From: an uncultured Verrucomicrobiae bacterium
GTDB taxonomy: Bacteria; Verrucomicrobiota; Verrucomicrobiia; Limisphaerales; JAFGQR01
DNA length: 64,000 nt
Direction: 5' to 3'
Assembly (NCBI GenBank): GCA_963788655.1
Contig: CAWBHS010000089.1
Coordinates: 43,059 to 107,058 of the forward strand
Shown piece by piece: positions 9,601 through 22,715 of this stretch. Positions within the stretch are counted from its first letter, which is position 1; every line of letters starts with the position of its first letter. Both the position numbers and the translations under genes were made by a program. A model generated the notes under the pieces. The model was not told the DNA's origin. It did not search any database and worked only from the letters and a program-made list of their open reading frames with translations.

Positions 9601-12600
9601 TCTATATGACCGATGAGCGACCGGAGGCTTCCTACGGCGCCACCTACCTCGGCGGTAACAAGGATGATTATGACGTGGTGAAATGTGCCAATCACATCGG
9701 CAATTTCGTGACCGAAGCCACGGATGGCAACTTCGGTACCTGGACCAATTTGTTTACCATGGGGCTAGACATGCTCGACGACAGCGGCAATGCCAATTAT
9801 TTCCGCATGCTGGGCCGCAATCCGGACGGCACCCGCAATCCCGCGCTGCCCGTGATGGTCGATGCCGATAACCTGATCAATTACATGCTGGGGATTTTTT
9901 ACACGGGCGACGGCGATGCCACGCTGTCGTCTTTCCTGGGAAATACCGAACCAAACAATTGGTTTGGTATGAAGAACCGCAATAATCCCGACCAGGGTTT
10001 CTTGTTCTTCAACAGTGATTGCGAGCACACCCTGGGCGCCCCCAGCAGTCAGGTGGACCGCACCGGACCGTGGAAGGACATTGCGGGATCGAATGTCCGC
10101 AATTTCACCTATTCCAACCCGCAGTACCTGCACGAAGAATTGATGCTCAATCCCGAGTACCGCCTCCTTTTTGCCGACCACGTGCAACGCCATTTCTTCA
10201 ATGGCGGTGTGCTCACTCCGGAAGCATGCACGAATCGCTTCTTGCGCTGGGCGGACCAGATCAACCAAGCCATCCGCGCCTACGAAGCCCGCTGGGGCGA
10301 CGCGAATAACGCCCACGTCAAATATTCCGCGACCGATTGGACCAATCGCATTAACACCATCGTCAACTCCTGGTTCCCCAACCGCACGGCCACGGTGCTC
10401 CAGCAGCTCAAAGTCGATAACCTGTATCCCGCCATTAGTGCGCCGGAATTCAGTCAGCTTGGCGGCGACATTGCCGAAGGCTTCAACTTGACCATGACCA
10501 ATCCCAACGCGAGCGGCGCTATTTACTACACGCTCGACGGCACGGACCCGCGCCAGGTGGGCGGAACCGTCAATCCCACGGCCGCAGCGTACAGCAGCCC
10601 GATTGCGTTGAACGCCAGCACGCGCGTGAAAGCCCGGGTGCTCAACGGTTCAACCTGGAGCGCCCTGGTGGAAGCCGATTTTGCCATCCCCGGCATCGTG
10701 CCGTTGCGCATCACCGAATTGATGTACCACCCGGCCCCGGTGAGCGCAACCGAGGCGGCGGCGGGATTCAGCAACGCCGACGACTTCGAATTCATCGAAC
10801 TGCGCAACGTCGGCGCGATCACCATCAACCTGGCCGGCATCCAATTCGTTGACGGGATCACCTTCACCTTCCCCAGCGGCAGCTTGGCGCCCGGCGAACG
10901 TATCCTGGTGGTGAAGAATCTGGCCGCCTTCAACCTGCGCTACGGACCCGTGAGTCGTGTGGCCGGTTATTATAGCGGCAACCTGAACAATGCCGGCGAG
11001 CATCTCCGGCTCCAGGACGCGGCGGGGCGGGCCATCCTGGATTTCTCCTACGCGGACGGGTGGTATCCCATCACGGACGGATTTGGTTTCTCGTTGGTGG
11101 CCGTGGATGAGAACGCGCCAGCTTCGACTTGGGGCAGCAAGTCCAGTTGGCAGTCGGGCAGCAACCTGGGCGGTTCGCCCGGCGCGGCCAATCCTCCGTC
11201 ACCGGGAATCCCCTTCGTCGTCATCAACGAAGTGCTCACCCGGCCGGCGGCGGGCGGCAAGGTCAGCGTTGAACTCGCCAACTTGAGCGACAGTCCGGCT
11301 GATGTTGGTAACTGGTGGCTGACGGATGATTTTCGCAATCCCTGGAAGTTCCGTTTGCCGGCGAACACCATCATTCCCGTGGGCGGTTTTGTGGTATTCA
11401 ATGAAGATGATTTCGGCCCGACCGCATTGGGAATGAATGCTATACAGTTGAGCAGCGCCGGCAGCGAAATTCGCTTGTTCAGCGCGGACGCCAATGGGGA
11501 TTTCACCGGCTACGTCCAAGGCTGGGACTTTGGACCGGCGGAAGCTGACGTGAGCTTTGGCCGGTACGTGATTAGCACCGGCGCGGACCATCTGGTGGCG
11601 CAAACCGCCGTGACGCTGGATGCCACGAATGCCGAACCGCGGATTGGCCCGGTGGTGATCAGCGAGATCATGTATCGTCCACCCGACCTGGGCATGAACG
11701 ACAACAGCCGGGATGAATACCTCGAACTGTTGAACACTTCCCCGAATCCGGTGCCGTTGTTTGAACCGGCTGCGCCGGTTTACACGTGGCGGGTCACGGG
11801 CGGTGTGGATTTCGCCTTGCCACCCGATCTGACTCTGGCGGCCGGCGAATACTTGTTGGTGGTCAGTTTCAATCCGGCGACTGACCCGGCATTGCTGGCC
11901 GATTTCCGCGTCCGCTATTCCGTACCCGCCAACGTTTGCATCCTGGGACCCTACAGCGGCAAGCTCGACAACTCCGGGGAAAGCGTGGAATTGCGAACGG
12001 CAATCCGGTTGCCGACCAGTCTGCCGGCTTGGGCGATAGCGGACAAGGTTTCCTACGAAGACGCCGACCCGTGGCCGGGCGGCGCCGACGGTTACGGACC
12101 CTCGCTGCAACGTGTGGACGTGGCTGCGTACGGCAATGATCCAGTGAATTGGGTGGCGGTGGGACCGCGTCCCGGCCGGACCTTTGTCGGCGGCACGCTG
12201 CCGGTGATCACAATCCAGCCCACGGACCAAGCAGCGGTGGAGCAAACGAGCGCCACGTTTAGTGTCGAGGTGGAAGACAGCAGTGCCGTTACGTACCAGT
12301 GGCGTTTCGAAGGCCACAATATTGCGGATGCCACCAACACAACGTATTCGATTGAGCCTGTGCAGCCCGCGGATGAGGGCTTGTATTCGGTGGTGATTCT
12401 GGGTGCGGGTGGCGCCGTGGTCAGCAGCAACGCCGCGCTCACCGTGCTCTCATTGCCCAAAATTATCGTCCACCCGGAAAGCCAAACCGTGGATGCTGGC
12501 GGCACGGCGATGCTCTCCGTCGTCGCCTCGGGCACGGGTTCTCTGAGCTACCAATGGCGGCGCAATGGGATCGACGTTCCCGGCGCGACCAGCGCCTCGC

Positions 12601-13920
12601 TAACCGTGACGGATCTCCAACTCGACGTGAATGACGGGATCTACACGGTGGTGGTTACCGACGCGGTGGGATCGCGCGAGAGCCATCCCGCGCTGGTGGT
12701 CTTGCTCCTGCCGCCGGCCGTTGTGGAAGGCCCCTTTCCGACCAATCAGGTCGTGGCCTCGGGCAGCACCTTCACCATCAGTCTGACGGTTCGGGGCACG
12801 TTGCCGATCGGCTATTATTGGCGCCTCGGGAACGGGTATTATAACTTCGAATCCGGAGGCGGGTACACCTATGCCGAGACGAACTCGGCGTACGTCAGCA
12901 CGAGCGTGCTGGTGATTACCAACGCGCAGAAGGCCTTACACGAGAATAAATATCGCGTGGGCATCAGCAACAGTGTTCAGACCTACCAAACTGCCAGTGC
13001 CTATGCCTATGTGACCGTCATTGACGGCCCGGCCATTACGCTGCAGCCGACCAATCAATCGGCCGCGCTGGGTGCCCCGGTTACCTTCCATGCCGGCGCG
13101 AGCGGCGAAGCGCCGTTGACGTTCCAATGGTGGCACAATGACGCTCCGATCGCCGGCGCCACCGGCACCAGTTACAGCCTCAACAGCGTGCAGGCCAGCG
13201 ACGCCGGCGCGTACACGTTTGTGGCGAGCAATCCGGCCGCCAGCGCCACGAGCCACGTGGCGTATCTGACGCTGCCCGTGGCTCCGACCATTGTCACGCA
13301 ACCGGCGGATCAAGCGGTGCATGTCTGCTCGAATGCGGTGTTCACGGTCGAAGCCAGCGGGGCGCCCTTGAGCTACCAATGGTGGTTCAATGCGACCAAT
13401 CGCCTGGCCAATGAAACCAATGCCAGCCTGGTGATCGTTCAGCCGGGCCTGGCCGATGAGGGCCGTTACTCGGTGGTGGTCAGCAATCTCTTTGGCGCGA
13501 CGCCGAGTGACGCCGCCACGTTGACCCTGCTCGACGGGGACAGCGATGGTGACGGCATGAGCGACACCTGGGAACTGGCGCACGGCTTGAATCCTTGCGA
13601 TGCGTCGGACCGCGATCTCGACCCGGACCAGGACGGGCGCACCAACTGGCAGGAATTTGTTAGCGGCACCGACCCGGGCAGCAACGCCAGCGTTCTGCGG
13701 GTGAGTTTGGTGGGTGACAGCGGGGGAGCGCGCATTCAATTCGAAGCGGCGCCCAATGTCGGGTACACGATCCAGGTACCGGACCAGCTTGACGGAAGGG
13801 CCTTGGCTGAAATTGACCGACATCGAACCCGCAGCGACTCCGCCGTCGGTGGACTTCCTGGATCCCAACGTAGCGGCCGATGGCGGACGGTTCTATCGCA
13901 TCGTCACGCCCAGGCAGTAA
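6666..13920 (+). CDS. Large secreted protein: lamin-tail domains, 2 F-type lectin domains, CotH kinase, Ig repeats, C-terminal RFYR domain (frameshift ~13775)
   Basis: Signal peptide; VISEFMANN...DWIELHN (LTD); NRDDCCGSR; GLRIRGGYSR, YYHLYLNGQYWGIY; ITxQP/YQW Ig repeats; true C-terminus ...GGRFYRIVTPRQ is in ORF 13714..13920. Confidence 0.8.
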
Positions 13921-13937
13921 TAGGCAGAACCTCTTCG

Positions 13938-14303
13938 GTTCGGAGTCCCGGCTTTAGCCGGTCAAAGCATGCATCCAAGAGCGGGCACCCAACGGTTAGG
14001 CCCCCGGTTCTGATGAATCATACAACGGCGGTTGATTAGGCACCGAGAACGCGAAGATTTTGGACGGTTCATTTCACCGCAAAGACACGGAGAGCGCAAA
14101 GAATCTGGTTCGGAATCTTTGCGCCCTTCGTGTCTTTGCGGTGAGTCAGGCGGCCTACTTGCAGTTCTGACGGTCGGAGTCGATATTCGCGCTGCTTTGG
14201 GTTGGAGCTCTGCTGTTGCAAGTGGCGACGAGATTTTCTGCGCGCGGCACCAACCTACCACGATTTAGCGCGAACGCCTTGCCGGCTGAAGCCGACTCCA
14301 AAC
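13938..14303. repeat. GGAG-type REP pair enclosing a second palindrome
   Basis: gttcggagtcccggctttagccgg (13938) and its inverted copy ccggctgaagccgactccaaac (14282-14303). Confidence 0.55.
14074..14144. repeat. Palindrome with 29-bp arms
   Basis: tcaccgcaaagacacggagagcgcaaaga versus reverse complement of 14116-14144, 27/29 identical. Confidence 0.8.
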
Positions 14304-14361
14304 TTGGCGTGGGGATTTTGCTTGCGACTCGGCTTGGTCGCAGGCATCACCGCCTCACGCA

Positions 14362-17099
14362 ATGACACTCTTGAAGAACGTTCTTTCCTGCCTGGCAGTG
14401 GCAATCACGACAGTTGGATCGTGCTTGGCCGGCGACCTGGTCCCGACCTCACTCGAATGCGAATACGCGCAAAATCCGCTCGGCGTTGATCTGCCGGCGC
14501 CGCGGCTTTTCTGGAAACTCGCGAGCCGCACCCGCGGCCAGCGGCAAACGGCTTATCGCATCCTGGTGGCTTCATCGCCTGAACGATTGCGCCTGGAAGA
14601 AGGCGATCTGTGGGACAGCGGCAAGGTCAGTTCCGAGGCAACCATCCAGATCCATTACGCGGGCAAACCGCTCCGGACATGTCACAGCAGGTTTTTTGGA
14701 AAGTCCGGGTATGGGACAAAGACGGCGAAGCGTTGAACTGGACTGAGCCCGCCACTTGGACCATGGGGGTGCTGGACCGCGCGGATTGGCAGGCGCAATG
14801 GATCAGTGCCGCAGCTCTCGAAACGAACCACAACGCACTGGCGACCTTGCTGCTGCGCCGGGAGGTCGCCATCAAGCCGCGGCTCGTCCGTGCGGTGATG
14901 CACCTCTGCGGGCTTGGCCAATACGAATTGACACTCAACGGCCGCAAAGTGGGCGCGGATTTACTGGCGCCCGGTTGGACGAAGTATGACCGGACCTGTC
15001 TCTATGACACGCACGATTTGACGCCGCTGCTGCACGAAGGCACGAATGCCCTGGGCCTGTTGCTGGGAAACGGGATGTACCATGTCACCGGCGGCCGGTA
15101 CACCAAGTTCAAAGGTTCGTTCGGGCCGCTCAAGCTGATGGCGCAGTTGCGGTTGGAGTATGCCGACGGAACCATGCAGCTCATCGGCACTGACCCGCAA
15201 TGGCGCGTGGCTCCGGGGCCAATCACGTTCTCGTGCATTTTCGGTGGCGAGGACTATGACGCCCGCCTCAAGCCGGCCGGTTGGAACCAGCCAGGATTCG
15301 CTGATGCGAACTGGGACCGCGCCGTGGTGGTGCCGGGTCCAGGCGGCCAATTGCGGGGATTGTCCTGCGCGGCGCCACCCATTCGGGCCATCGAAGTGCT
15401 GAAGCCGGTGAGCGTGACGGATCTCAGCCCGGGCCTACGCGTTTATGATCTTGGTCAAAATGCCTCCATTATGCCGCGCTTCCAAGTTCGGGGCCCAGCG
15501 GGTTCGGTCGTAAAGATCACTCCGGCGGAACTGCTGCGGGAGGATGGTTCGGTGGACCGGGGCTCATGCGGCGGCGGGGAGGCCTACTGGAAATACACGT
15601 TGTCCGGAAAGGGAACTGAATCCTGGTTTCCCAAGTTCTGGTATCACGGCAGCCGCTATCTGCAGGTCGCGTGTACGGCCGCCAGTGGGAAGGGCGAGCG
15701 GCCGAAGGTGGAATCGTTGGAGGGGGTGGTCGTGCATTCCTCCTCGTCGCCGGTGGGTGAGTTTGCCTGCTCCAATGAGTTGTTCAATCGCATCCGCCAA
15801 CTGGTGCGCTGGGCGCAACGCAGCAATCTCCAGCACGTCATTACCGATTGTCCGCACCGCGAACGTTTGGGCTGGTTGGAGCAATATCATTTGAATGGAC
15901 CGTCGCTGCGTTATGAATTCGACTTGGCCCAGATCTTCACCAAAGGCATGAATGACATGGCTGATTCCCAGTTGGACAACGGCCTGGTACCGGACATCGC
16001 GCCGGAATACACGGTGTTCTCCGGCGGGTTCCGCGATTCGCCTGAATGGGGCAGCGCGTATGTCATCGTGCCCTGGCAGCAATATGAATGGACGGGCGAC
16101 CTGGATTTGCTGCGCGCGCATTACCCTGGCATGCAACGCTACGTTGCCTACCTGGGCAGCCACGCTAAAAACCATATCGTTTCCCATGGCTTGGGCGACT
16201 GGTACGACCGCGGCCCGAAGCCGCCCGGCCCCGCGCAGTTGACGCCGTGCGAGTTGACCGCCACCGCGTTCTACTACGAAGACACGCATATCCTGGCACA
16301 AACTGCCCGACTCCTGGGCCAACCTGACGACGCCCACAAATACGACCAACTGGCAAACAACATCCGCGCGGCCTTCAACCGGGCCTTGTTCAATCCGACC
16401 ACCGGCCAATACGCCACCGGCTCGCAATGCGCCAATTCGATGCCGCTGGTGATGGGATTGGCGGACCCCACGGCCCGCGCTGGCTTGGTGGAGGCCGTGG
16501 TCCAGGATGTCCGGCGCCGCGGTAATGTGCTGACGCCGGGCGACGTGGGGTATCGCTATCTGTTGCGTGCGCTGGCGGACGGCGGTCGGTCCGACGTAAT
16601 CTTTTACCTCAACAACCAGTCCGCGACGCCGGGCTACGGTTACCAATTGAAACAGGGCGCCACCAGTCTGACCGAAGCCTGGGATGCCGGACGCGGCTCT
16701 TCGCAAAACCATTTCATGTTGGGCCACATCATGGAATGGTTTTATCACGACCTGGCCGGCATTCAAGGCGACCCGGCCGGACCTGGTTTCAAGCAAATCA
16801 TCATTCACCCGCAACCGGTCGGTAACGTCACGTGGACGCGGGCCAGTTATGATTCGATTCGCGGACGTATCGTCTCGGACTGGCGAATTACCGGCGGGAA
16901 ATTTGAGCTACGGATTTCGATTCCGGCGAATACTCGGGCGACGGTTTTCGTCCCCGGTTCGTCCGCGGACTTGGTGACGGAGGGCGGCCGACCGGCGGCG
17001 ACGGCGCCAGGGGTGACATTTGCGCGATTGGTGCCGAAGACAGTGGTGTTCACCGTCGAGTCCGGCAGTTACCTGTTCGCTTCGGCGCTGCCGGAGTGA
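14362..17099 (+). CDS. GH78 alpha-L-rhamnosidase (frameshift ~14680)
   Basis: CEYAQNPLGVD, WDSGKV, GEDYDAR, DLGQN, TDCPHRERLGWLE, GATSLTEAW, SQNHFMLG. Confidence 0.88.
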
Positions 17100-17118
17100 G
17101 TACCGAGAGAATCGTTCC

Positions 17119-17146
17119 TTGACCTGCTTTTGCCGACTGCTAATTT
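17119..17146 (+). promoter_or_regulatory. Putative sigma70 promoter of the FKBP gene
   Basis: TTGACC-16 bp-TAATTT with TG extended -10. Confidence 0.35.
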
Positions 17147-17197
17147 GGACCATCACTGTCATACGAACATAGATCGATAGCAATAAACGCAATTTAA

Positions 17198-17887
17198 ATG
17201 AAATCATACAGCATCCTCGCTCTGACGCTTGGGGTATCGGTTGTGGCCGCGGGCGCCGCGGACACCGTGAATCTCAAAGATACCAAGCAACGGGTCAGTT
17301 ACAGCATCGGCGCCGACATTGGCGCGAACTTCAAACGCCAGGGTATCGAGGTGGATCCCAAAGCATTGGCCGCCGGCATTACCGACTCGCTGACCGGGAA
17401 GACGGCGTTGACCGAAGCTGAAATGAAGGAAACCATGATGAATTTCCGGAAGGAGTTTATGGCGAAAATGGAAGCCAAACAAAAAGTCGATGGCGAAAAG
17501 AATGTCCAGGAAGGGGAAGCCTTTCTGGCGGCCAACGCCAAAAAAGCCGGTGTCAAAACCACCGCCAGCGGCCTGCAATACAAGGTGATCAAATCCGGTA
17601 AAGGGGAATCCCCGCAAGCCACGGACAAGGTCAAAGTGCATTATCATGGCACCCTGATTGACGGCACGGTCTTCGACAGTTCGGTGGACCGTGGGGAGCC
17701 CGTCACCTTCGGCGTCAACCAGGTTATTCCCGGCTGGACCGAGGCCCTGCAACTGATGAAGGTGGGTGACAAGTGGCAGTTGTTTATTCCTGCCAAACTC
17801 GCCTACGGCGAACGCGGCGCCGGGGGCAAAATCGGTCCCAATGCCACGTTGATTTTTGACGTCGAATTGCTCGCCATCGAGAAATAG
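17198..17887 (+). CDS. fkpA: FKBP-type peptidyl-prolyl isomerase (FkpA/Mip-like)
   Basis: SYSIG, TTASGLQY, VHYHGTLIDGTVFDSS, VIPGWTEAL, LAYG, LIFDVELL. Confidence 0.92.
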   Translation: MKSYSILALTLGVSVVAAGAADTVNLKDTKQRVSYSIGADIGANFKRQGIEVDPKALAAGITDSLTGKTALTEAEMKETMMNFRKEFMAKMEAKQKVDGEKNVQEGEAFLAANAKKAGVKTTASGLQYKVIKSGKGESPQATDKVKVHYHGTLIDGTVFDSSVDRGEPVTFGVNQVIPGWTEALQLMKVGDKWQLFIPAKLAYGERGAGGKIGPNATLIFDVELLAIEK

Positions 17888-17941
17888 CGCGGCGTTTGAT
17901 GGGGCGTTTTAAGTCCCGCCTTCAGGTGGCGGTGCCGGCTT

Positions 17942-18112
17942 GGTAGGGCGAGACTCTGTCGAGCCCTGAGTTCTCCGCGGCAATCTCAGTTTTCATCTAA
18001 CGAAATTGTGGGGGGCTTTGGCGTTCCGAAGGCCCAAGGTTTTTATTTGATGGGCTGCCGGCTTCCGAATCCACACCTGAGAAACCAGGGCTCGGCGGAG
18101 TCTTGCCCCACC
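17942..18112. repeat. REPIN-like element (GTAG/GTGG REP pair)
   Basis: ggtagggcgagactctgtcgagccctg and inverted cagggctcggcggagtcttgccccacc, 23/27 identical, all differences transitions. Confidence 0.75.
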
Positions 18113-18239
18113 GGAGTTGGATTGCGACTCGACTCCGCCGCACCACGGGTCGTTGTTCGCGCCGCAAAGTAAGGATTGCCCACGCCGACTGGCTGGCGAT
18201 ATGGTAATTCCCGCTGCAAGTGAACTCGGAATTTAGTGC

Positions 18240-19193
18240 ATGACCATGATCACGCCCAATTTCCAAGCCAGTGTAACCGCACCGGTAACGCCAGCCATCC
18301 AACGGGCCAAGTGGATGCTGTTCCAGCCGTTCGATTTCACGAAGTGGTTGGTGATGGGTTTCTGTGCCTGGCTGGCGTATTTGGGACAAGGCGGAGGCAG
18401 TGGTGGTGGGGGAGGTTTCGGTTCGAAAATGCGTTCGAGCCCGCGAAACGCTTCGCGCCAGTTCCACGAGCTGAAAGATTATGTCTTGAACAACCTGGAC
18501 TGGCTGGTGCCGCTCGCCGTGGGTGTGGCGTTGGTGGGGGTATTGATCTGGCTGTTGGTGATGTGGCTCAGCAGCCGCGGCCGGTTCATGTTTCTGCACT
18601 GTGTCATCGCGAACACCGCGGAAGTCGTGCTGCCCTGGCAACGGTTTGCCGCCCAGGGAAACAGTCTGTTTCTCTTCCGCATCGGGCTCGGGCTCCTGAC
18701 CTTCCTGGTGTTGGCGCCGTTGTTGCTTGTGATCGGCGGATTGGTTATCGCCATGATGTCGCAGGGGCAGGCCCGGCTGTTATTGGTCTCCGGGGCGCTC
18801 ACTGCTTTCATCGCTGCCGTGGGGCTGGGAGTAACCTTTGCGGTGGCCTTCAAATTCACCGAGGATTTCGTGGTGCCCATCATGTTCCTGCGGCGAGGTA
18901 ATTGCCTGGAGGGTTGGCGGGAATTTCTGGGACTGCTGGCGGTGAACAAGGCCAACTTCGCCCTCTACATCGTATTCGTGATGGTCATTAAAATCGTCAT
19001 CGCCATGCTGATTTTGGTGATCGTGCTGGCAACGTGCTGCACGGCCGGCTGCTTGCTGGCAATTCCCTATGTCGGTACGGTGCTGCTGCTACCCGTGCTG
19101 GCTTTTGAACGATCGTATTCCCTCTATTACCTGGCGCAATACGACGCGCCCTACGATGTGTTTGCCGCGGCCACAGCGGGAACGGGGGAGTGA
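18240..19193 (+). CDS. Multi-pass membrane protein of unknown function
   Basis: Six or more hydrophobic segments, DFVVPIMF, CCTAGC motif. Confidence 0.7.
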   Translation: MTMITPNFQASVTAPVTPAIQRAKWMLFQPFDFTKWLVMGFCAWLAYLGQGGGSGGGGGFGSKMRSSPRNASRQFHELKDYVLNNLDWLVPLAVGVALVGVLIWLLVMWLSSRGRFMFLHCVIANTAEVVLPWQRFAAQGNSLFLFRIGLGLLTFLVLAPLLLVIGGLVIAMMSQGQARLLLVSGALTAFIAAVGLGVTFAVAFKFTEDFVVPIMFLRRGNCLEGWREFLGLLAVNKANFALYIVFVMVIKIVIAMLILVIVLATCCTAGCLLAIPYVGTVLLLPVLAFERSYSLYYLAQYDAPYDVFAAATAGTGE

Positions 19194-19206
19194 GTAGATG
19201 CCACCG

Positions 19207-19234
19207 CCATCTGGCATCCGGCATTCAGCATCCC
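19207..19234. repeat. Degenerate heptamer tandem repeat between convergent genes
   Basis: ccatctg gcatccg gcattca gcatccc. Confidence 0.4.
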
Positions 19235-19241
19235 TCCACTC

Positions 19242-19481
19242 TCACGCCAGTTTCCCGTGTGTGCCGTCGCATAACGGAGCGTTGGCGGAATGCTTGCAAG
19301 CGCACCAAGCCACGGATTTTTCCTCGGTGACCTCAACTTTCGTGGGCGCCAGACCGGTGCCTTTATGCGAGCCGTCGCAAAATGGTTGGCCTTGGGAGCG
19401 ACCGCAGGCACACCACCAATAGATGCCCGGAACTACGTTCTGCACGATCGGGGATTTTTGAAATACAACAGGTTCAGCCAT
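19242..19481 (-). CDS. CDGSH iron-sulfur domain protein (two domains)
   Basis: WCACGRSQGQPFCDGSH and WCACKHSANAPLCDGTH. Confidence 0.92.
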   Translation of the reverse strand: MAEPVVFQKSPIVQNVVPGIYWWCACGRSQGQPFCDGSHKGTGLAPTKVEVTEEKSVAWCACKHSANAPLCDGTHGKLA

Positions 19482-19580
19482 AAGCGTGATATGAGTTTGG
19501 ATTTGTTATCGTGTTGCCGGGGTGTTGCGGGGGAGGTTGGAGCCTCTTTGGCATTACCGTCCCGCGCTGTTAGCCAACGG

Positions 19581-20812
<1,232 letters not shown>

Positions 20813-20869
20813 GGGCGCCGATTAAACGGGGAAGCCTGACAGAACGCAAAGCCGAAAATGAACTGGCAA

Positions 20870-20910
20870 AATGACTGACAACCAAGGACCAAGCCCCAGA
20901 GAATGACCAA
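20870..20910 (+). repeat. Left heptamer-periodic inverted repeat bounding the R-M island
   Basis: 31/41 identical to the reverse complement of 25521-25561. Confidence 0.55.
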
Positions 20911-20959
20911 GGGCGAAGGCGCAAGTTCCATCACGGCGTAACGCGCCTCCCAATGCGCC

Positions 20960-21849
20960 ACGCTTGAGCAAGCTGCGTAAATCGTCGCGGTCTTTGGCCT
21001 GCACCGGCGTCTGGCGCAGCAACTCTTTGCAAAACGAGAATGTGTCGAAAAGCTGGTCGTCCAAATCGTTACGGTCGGTCAACACGACAACGGTAGGATT
21101 CTCCATCGCCGGGTGTTGCACGATCTTTCCGGCGTAGAACACCATCGAAAGACTTTTACCGCTCCCTTGCGTATGCCAGATGACGCCTGCGCGACGGTCG
21201 CCAATATTTTCCGAGGTAGGAGACGAGGTGACGAGGCTCTGACTAATTTCCGATTTTGAAGTTCGAGTCTCCTCACGTCGTCTCCTACTGGATTCAGAGG
21301 AAACACCCGCCGCCCGCAAGGTCGTTTCCACCGCTTTATTGACGGCGTGGAACTGATGATAGCCCGCCAGCTTCTTCACGACCTTTTCGCCGTCGTCCTC
21401 GAATACGATGAAATTGCGGATTAAGTCCAACAAGCGGTGATTGTCGAACACGCCTTTGAGCAGCGTTTCCAGTTGCAACGAACCGGGCGGGACAAGCTCC
21501 TTTCCCGTAATGGTGCGCCACGTCATGAACCGCTCCCAATCAGACGTGACCGTGCCGAGCCGCGCTTCGTGGCCATCGGAAACGCGCGATTGTTCTCGAT
21601 GAGCGTGGGATAATTGACCAAACGCAGTTTGCGCAACGTTTCCTGCAACCCCTCCGGCGGAATCTTGGAATTCAAATCCTCCAGCTTGGTTTGCAGCCGG
21701 TCGAAAAGAAAAACCTGCTGGTAATCCGCCCGCTCCGCCGCTGATTCACCCGGCGCGATGGTGAGGCCAGATAAAACCTCGCAACCAAGCTCACGAAGCC
21801 TGTCGAGCGAGCATTCTTCAACGACCGACTCCGTGATCCCTTTGCTCAT
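20960..21849 (-). pseudogene. hsdR: Type I restriction subunit R remnant: nuclease domain deleted, helicase truncated
   Basis: ITESVVE...LIENNRAF joined directly to SDGHEARLG...ERFMTWRT; YHQFHAV, WHTQGSGKS, VLTDRNDLDDQL; similarity ends before the DEAH motif. Confidence 0.88.
21216..21288. repeat. GTAG palindrome inside the hsdR reading frame
   Basis: gtaggagacgaggtgacgaggctc ... gagtctcctcacgtcgtctcctac, 21/24 arm identity. Confidence 0.8.
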
Positions 21850-22715
21850 TTCTTCTTTGGTTTGTCGTGCAACACCATCTCCGACAACTCGTGGTTGCCG
21901 ATTTCTTCGGCAACGTGCTCCGCGAAGTGTTCCAGTTCATTCTCGCGGACAAGTTGTTTATGCCCCGGAATCTTGCTCAACAGATGAAACGCGTTTTCAA
22001 ACGCCTTCTTGGTCTCATCCTGGCGCGGCTCGCCCAGCAGGAAGTGAATCTTGAATTTCTCCCGTGCATCATGCAGCGCAACTCCGCGGCCAAGCCATTT
22101 ATTCGCCTTCTCACGGATGCTGCCCGGATCAACGAGGTCAAACGAAACCGGCTCGTAGAGATGCCAGACGTCATTCTTCCACGCGAAGCGAAAATCGTAT
22201 TGGTAGTCCTTCGTCTCGATTTTCTTTTCCGCCAGCTTTTCCGCCGTCTTGCCCAGCCTCGCTTTGAACGGCTTTGCAATTTCCTCGTCGCTCCGGCTCA
22301 CCTGTTCCGCGCCGGCGACGTATCGCTCCACCAACCGCTTGAACAATTCGTCCATTGTCTTCGCCACGTCCTCCGTGAAACCGCCGCCCTGTTCCGACCA
22401 TTGCAGCGAACTGTCGTCCGGTGGCAGCACTTGCCGGACGATTTCCTTGAGCGCAGTCACCGGTGGAACTTCGAGACCGTCGCGGATTTCGGCGGCGATT
22501 TCGTCGAACCGGTTCGCCATGTAACGCATCAAGGCCCGGTAGTGCAGATGGTCAATCTTCAAAAAGATCGCGTTCAACCGTCCGTAGGACGTGGTGAAGC
22601 GGGCTTCCAGATACCGTTGCTCGGGCGAATAGAGCACAACCCCGATGTTGGCGAATTCGCCGGTCACAACGTCGTGCAGATAACGCAGTGTGATGGTGCT
22701 GTAGGTTGGTTTCAT
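21846..22715 (-). CDS. DUF3037 domain protein with C-terminal restriction-endonuclease-like domain
   Basis: YSTITLRYLHDVVTGEFANIGVVL (DUF3037 signature), AWKNDVWHLYEPVSFDL; ATGA overlaps at both ends. Confidence 0.8.
   Translation of the reverse strand: MKPTYSTITLRYLHDVVTGEFANIGVVLYSPEQRYLEARFTTSYGRLNAIFLKIDHLHYRALMRYMANRFDEIAAEIRDGLEVPPVTALKEIVRQVLPPDDSSLQWSEQGGGFTEDVAKTMDELFKRLVERYVAGAEQVSRSDEEIAKPFKARLGKTAEKLAEKKIETKDYQYDFRFAWKNDVWHLYEPVSFDLVDPGSIREKANKWLGRGVALHDAREKFKIHFLLGEPRQDETKKAFENAFHLLSKIPGHKQLVRENELEHFAEHVAEEIGNHELSEMVLHDKPKKK

Noticed and set aside
13920..14039. C-terminal extension of the 2457-aa ORF
   Set aside because: Produced by the frameshift at ~13775; it reads through repeat DNA, and the real tail ends at 13920.
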